DNA of 24,000 bases. It comes from Escherichia coli. Lineage in GTDB: Bacteria > Pseudomonadota > Gammaproteobacteria > Enterobacterales > Enterobacteriaceae. The position numbers were made by a program, and so were the translations under genes. The stretch lies in the NCBI RefSeq assembly GCF_036498465.1, contig NZ_AP027599.1. One strand, given 5' to 3'. Positions within the stretch are counted from its first letter, which is position 1; every line of letters begins with the position of its first letter. Under the pieces are notes generated by a model, which made no database searches, was not told where the DNA came from, and saw only the letters and a program-made list of their open reading frames with translations. Shown here piece after piece: positions 21,814 through 24,000 of this stretch.

Positions 21814-21953
21814 GTAAGGGTAAGGGAGGATTGCTCCTCCCCTGAGACTGACTGTTAATAAGCGCTGAAACTTATGAGTAACAGTACAATCAGTATGATG
21901 ACAAGTCGCATCATAACCCTTCTCCTTCAAGCCCTCGCTTCGGTGAGGGCTTT
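21814..21953 (+). ncRNA. sibC: SibC antitoxin RNA
   Basis: gtaagggtaagggaggattgctcctcccctgagactgactg ... ends at terminator gccctcgcttcggtgagggcttt; fully antisense to the ibsC ORF. Confidence 0.88.
21855..21914 (-). CDS. ibsC: IbsC type I toxin peptide (19 aa)
   Basis: Reverse strand ATGATGCGACTTGTCATC... encodes MMRLVIILIVLLLISFSAY*, preceded by GGAGAAGGG RBS-like sequence. Confidence 0.93.
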   Translation of the reverse strand: MMRLVIILIVLLLISFSAY

Positions 21954-22091
21954 ACCGTTACAGCCCCATGCTGCCCTGCCATCGTAAATCCCCATTAAAT
22001 AAACACAACGCATTGATCTGACTTTGATTTATTTTCTGGAGCAGACTCGCAAAGTAGAATGCGCAACGCGGCAACGGTGTGGAGAAGGGAT

Positions 22092-22123
22092 AAAAAAACG
22101 GGCAAGTCAGTGACCTGCCCGTT
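22092..22123 (-). terminator. serA rho-independent terminator
   Basis: Minus strand AACGGGCAGGTCACTGACTTGCCCGTT followed by TTTTT. Stem about 12 bp (one G-T), starting about 20 nt after the serA stop. Confidence 0.85.
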
Positions 22124-22142
22124 GATTTTCAGAGAAGGGGAA

Positions 22143-23375
22143 TTAGTACAGCAGACGGGCGCGAATGGTACCCGGAATAGCTTTCATTGCCTGCAGCGCT
22201 TTTTCGGCAACGTCTTCGTCGGCTTCAATATCAATAACCACATAACCCATCTGGGCGGAAGTTTGCAGATATTGCGCGGCGATGTTGACGCCCTGCTCGG
22301 CGAAGATTTTGTTCAGCGCAGTTAGCACGCCCGGACGGTTTTCGTGGATGTGCATCAGACGACGCCCACCGTGCAGTGGCAGCGAGACTTCCGGGAAGTT
22401 CACCGCAGAGAGCGTTGAGCCATTGTCAGAATACTTGATCAATTTACCCGCAACTTCCAGGCCGATATTCTCCTGCGCTTCCTGAGTCGAACCGCCAATG
22501 TGTGGCGTCAGAAGGACGTTGTCGAATTCACACAGCGGAGAGGTAAATGGATCGCTATTGGTCGCCGGTTCCGTCGGGAATACGTCGATTGCCGCCCCCG
22601 CCAGATGTTTGCTCGCCAGCGCATCACACAGCGCCGGAATATCCACCACAGTACCGCGCGAAGCATTAATCAGCAGCGAGCCGGGCTTCATTAGTGAAAT
22701 TTCTTTCGCGCCCATCATATTTTTGGTGGACGGATTCTCTGGTACATGCAGACTCACCACATCGCTCATATTCAGCAGGTCAGAAAGATGCTGTACCTGA
22801 GTGGCGTTGCCCAGCGGCAGTTTATTTTCAATATCATAAAAGTAAACATACATTCCCAGCGATTCAGCCAGAATGCCCAATTGCGTACCAATATGACCGT
22901 AGCCGATGATACCCAGCTTTTTGCCGCGCGCTTCAAAAGAACCCGCCGCCAGTTTGTTCCACACGCCACGGTGCGCTTTAGCATTGGCTTCCGGCACGCC
23001 GCGCAATAGCAGCAGCAGTTCGCCAATCACCAGCTCCGCAACAGAGCGCGTATTTGAGAACGGTGCGTTAAATACCGGGATCCCGCGCTTTGCCGCCGCA
23101 TCCAGATCAACCTGGTTTGTTCCGATACAGAAACAGCCAATAGCGACCAGTTTTTCTGCGGCGTTGATCACGTCTTCAGTCAGATGGGTACGGGATCGCA
23201 GGCCGATGAAGTGGGCATCGCGGATGGATTCTTTTAATTGTTCATCATCCAGCGCGCCTTTGTGAAATTCGATGTTGGTGTAACCAGCTGCACGAAGGCT
23301 TTCCAGCGCCTTTTGGTGCACGCCTTCTACCAGCAGAAACTTAATCTTGTCTTTCTCCAGCGATACCTTTGCCAT
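22143..23375 (-). CDS. serA: D-3-phosphoglycerate dehydrogenase
   Basis: 410 aa ORF; MAKVSLEKDKIKFLLVEGVHQKALESL, GYGHIGTQLG NAD motif, C-terminal ACT domain. Confidence 0.97.
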   Translation of the reverse strand: MAKVSLEKDKIKFLLVEGVHQKALESLRAAGYTNIEFHKGALDDEQLKESIRDAHFIGLRSRTHLTEDVINAAEKLVAIGCFCIGTNQVDLDAAAKRGIPVFNAPFSNTRSVAELVIGELLLLLRGVPEANAKAHRGVWNKLAAGSFEARGKKLGIIGYGHIGTQLGILAESLGMYVYFYDIENKLPLGNATQVQHLSDLLNMSDVVSLHVPENPSTKNMMGAKEISLMKPGSLLINASRGTVVDIPALCDALASKHLAGAAIDVFPTEPATNSDPFTSPLCEFDNVLLTPHIGGSTQEAQENIGLEVAGKLIKYSDNGSTLSAVNFPEVSLPLHGGRRLMHIHENRPGVLTALNKIFAEQGVNIAAQYLQTSAQMGYVVIDIEADEDVAEKALQAMKAIPGTIRARLLY

Positions 23376-23630
23376 TTACCCAATCCTGTCTTTTGAAATG
23401 TTGTGTGCGGATTTGCATCCGCCTTTCAACATATCAAAAAATAATATTGCGGCAATATGAACGTTTGCGTCGCGATGTTGAGGAAATATCACGCAAAGGT
23501 AATTCTTGGATGAATATGCTGGTTTAGAGGATTTATTTAGAGCAATCGACAATTGCCTGGTAAAAGCGTGACACATGTCACCAAATTTAATGAAGAGAAT
23601 TTTTTTAACGGGGGAGGTTCCCCCGTCAGA

Positions 23631-24000
23631 TCATTTCACAATGGTTTTGACACCGTCAGGTGTGCCAATCAGCGCAACGTCCGCGCCACGGTTAGCAAAC
23701 AAGCCAACAGTCACCACGCCAGGAATCGCATTTATGGCGTTTTCCATCGCTATCGGGTCAAGGATTTCCATGCCGTGGACGTCGAGGATCACGTTGCCAT
23801 TATCGGTCACCACGCCCTGACGGTATTCCGGACGACCGCCCAGTTTCACCAGCTGACGCGCCACTGCACTACGTGCCATCGGGATAACTTCTACTGGCAG
23901 CGGGAATTTACCCAGAATATCAACCTGCTTGGAAGCGTCTGCAATACAGATAAATTTTTCTGCAACCGAAGCAATGATTTTTTCACGGGTCAGCGCCGCG
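23631..24000 (-). CDS. rpiA: Ribose-5-phosphate isomerase A, C-terminal part (runs off the right edge)
   Basis: Minus strand reads ...[62 protein letters not shown]...[11 protein letters not shown]. The supplied 82 aa ORF is only the final internal-Met segment. Confidence 0.96.

Noticed and set aside
23608-23626. acggggg aggtt cccccgt hairpin near the rpiA stop
   Set aside because: A good stem, but the T run precedes it on the + strand and an A run follows on the minus strand, so orientation does not fit a canonical terminator for rpiA. Possibly a 3' stabiliser; not enough to call.

Overview
The window looks like an ordinary, gene-dense Escherichia coli (or very close relative) core chromosomal segment. 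Reading left to right it contains: lysS (5' end), prfB with its programmed frameshift, recJ, dsbC, xerD, fldB, ygfX/cptA, sdhE, ygfZ, a REP/BIME cluster, yqfA, yqfB, bglA, ygfF, gcvP-gcvH-gcvT, ubiI, ubiH, pepP, ygfB, zapA, ssrS (6S RNA), fau/ygfA, the sibC/ibsC type I toxin-antitoxin locus, serA and rpiA (3' part). I found no phage, transposon, CRISPR, defence island or cargo region, and no convincing undescribed multi-gene system. Points worth a second look: the RF2 residue 246 is Ala (the K-12 reference is recalled as Thr); a + oriented terminator-like hairpin sits inside the minus-strand recJ-prfB junction; a 27-codon ORF lies in the gcvT-ubiI gap; long GC-rich inverted repeats of the same family flank gcvP on both sides; and the compact sibC/ibsC locus is intact. 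Family and gene names rest on recalled protein sequences and motifs; no database search was run.
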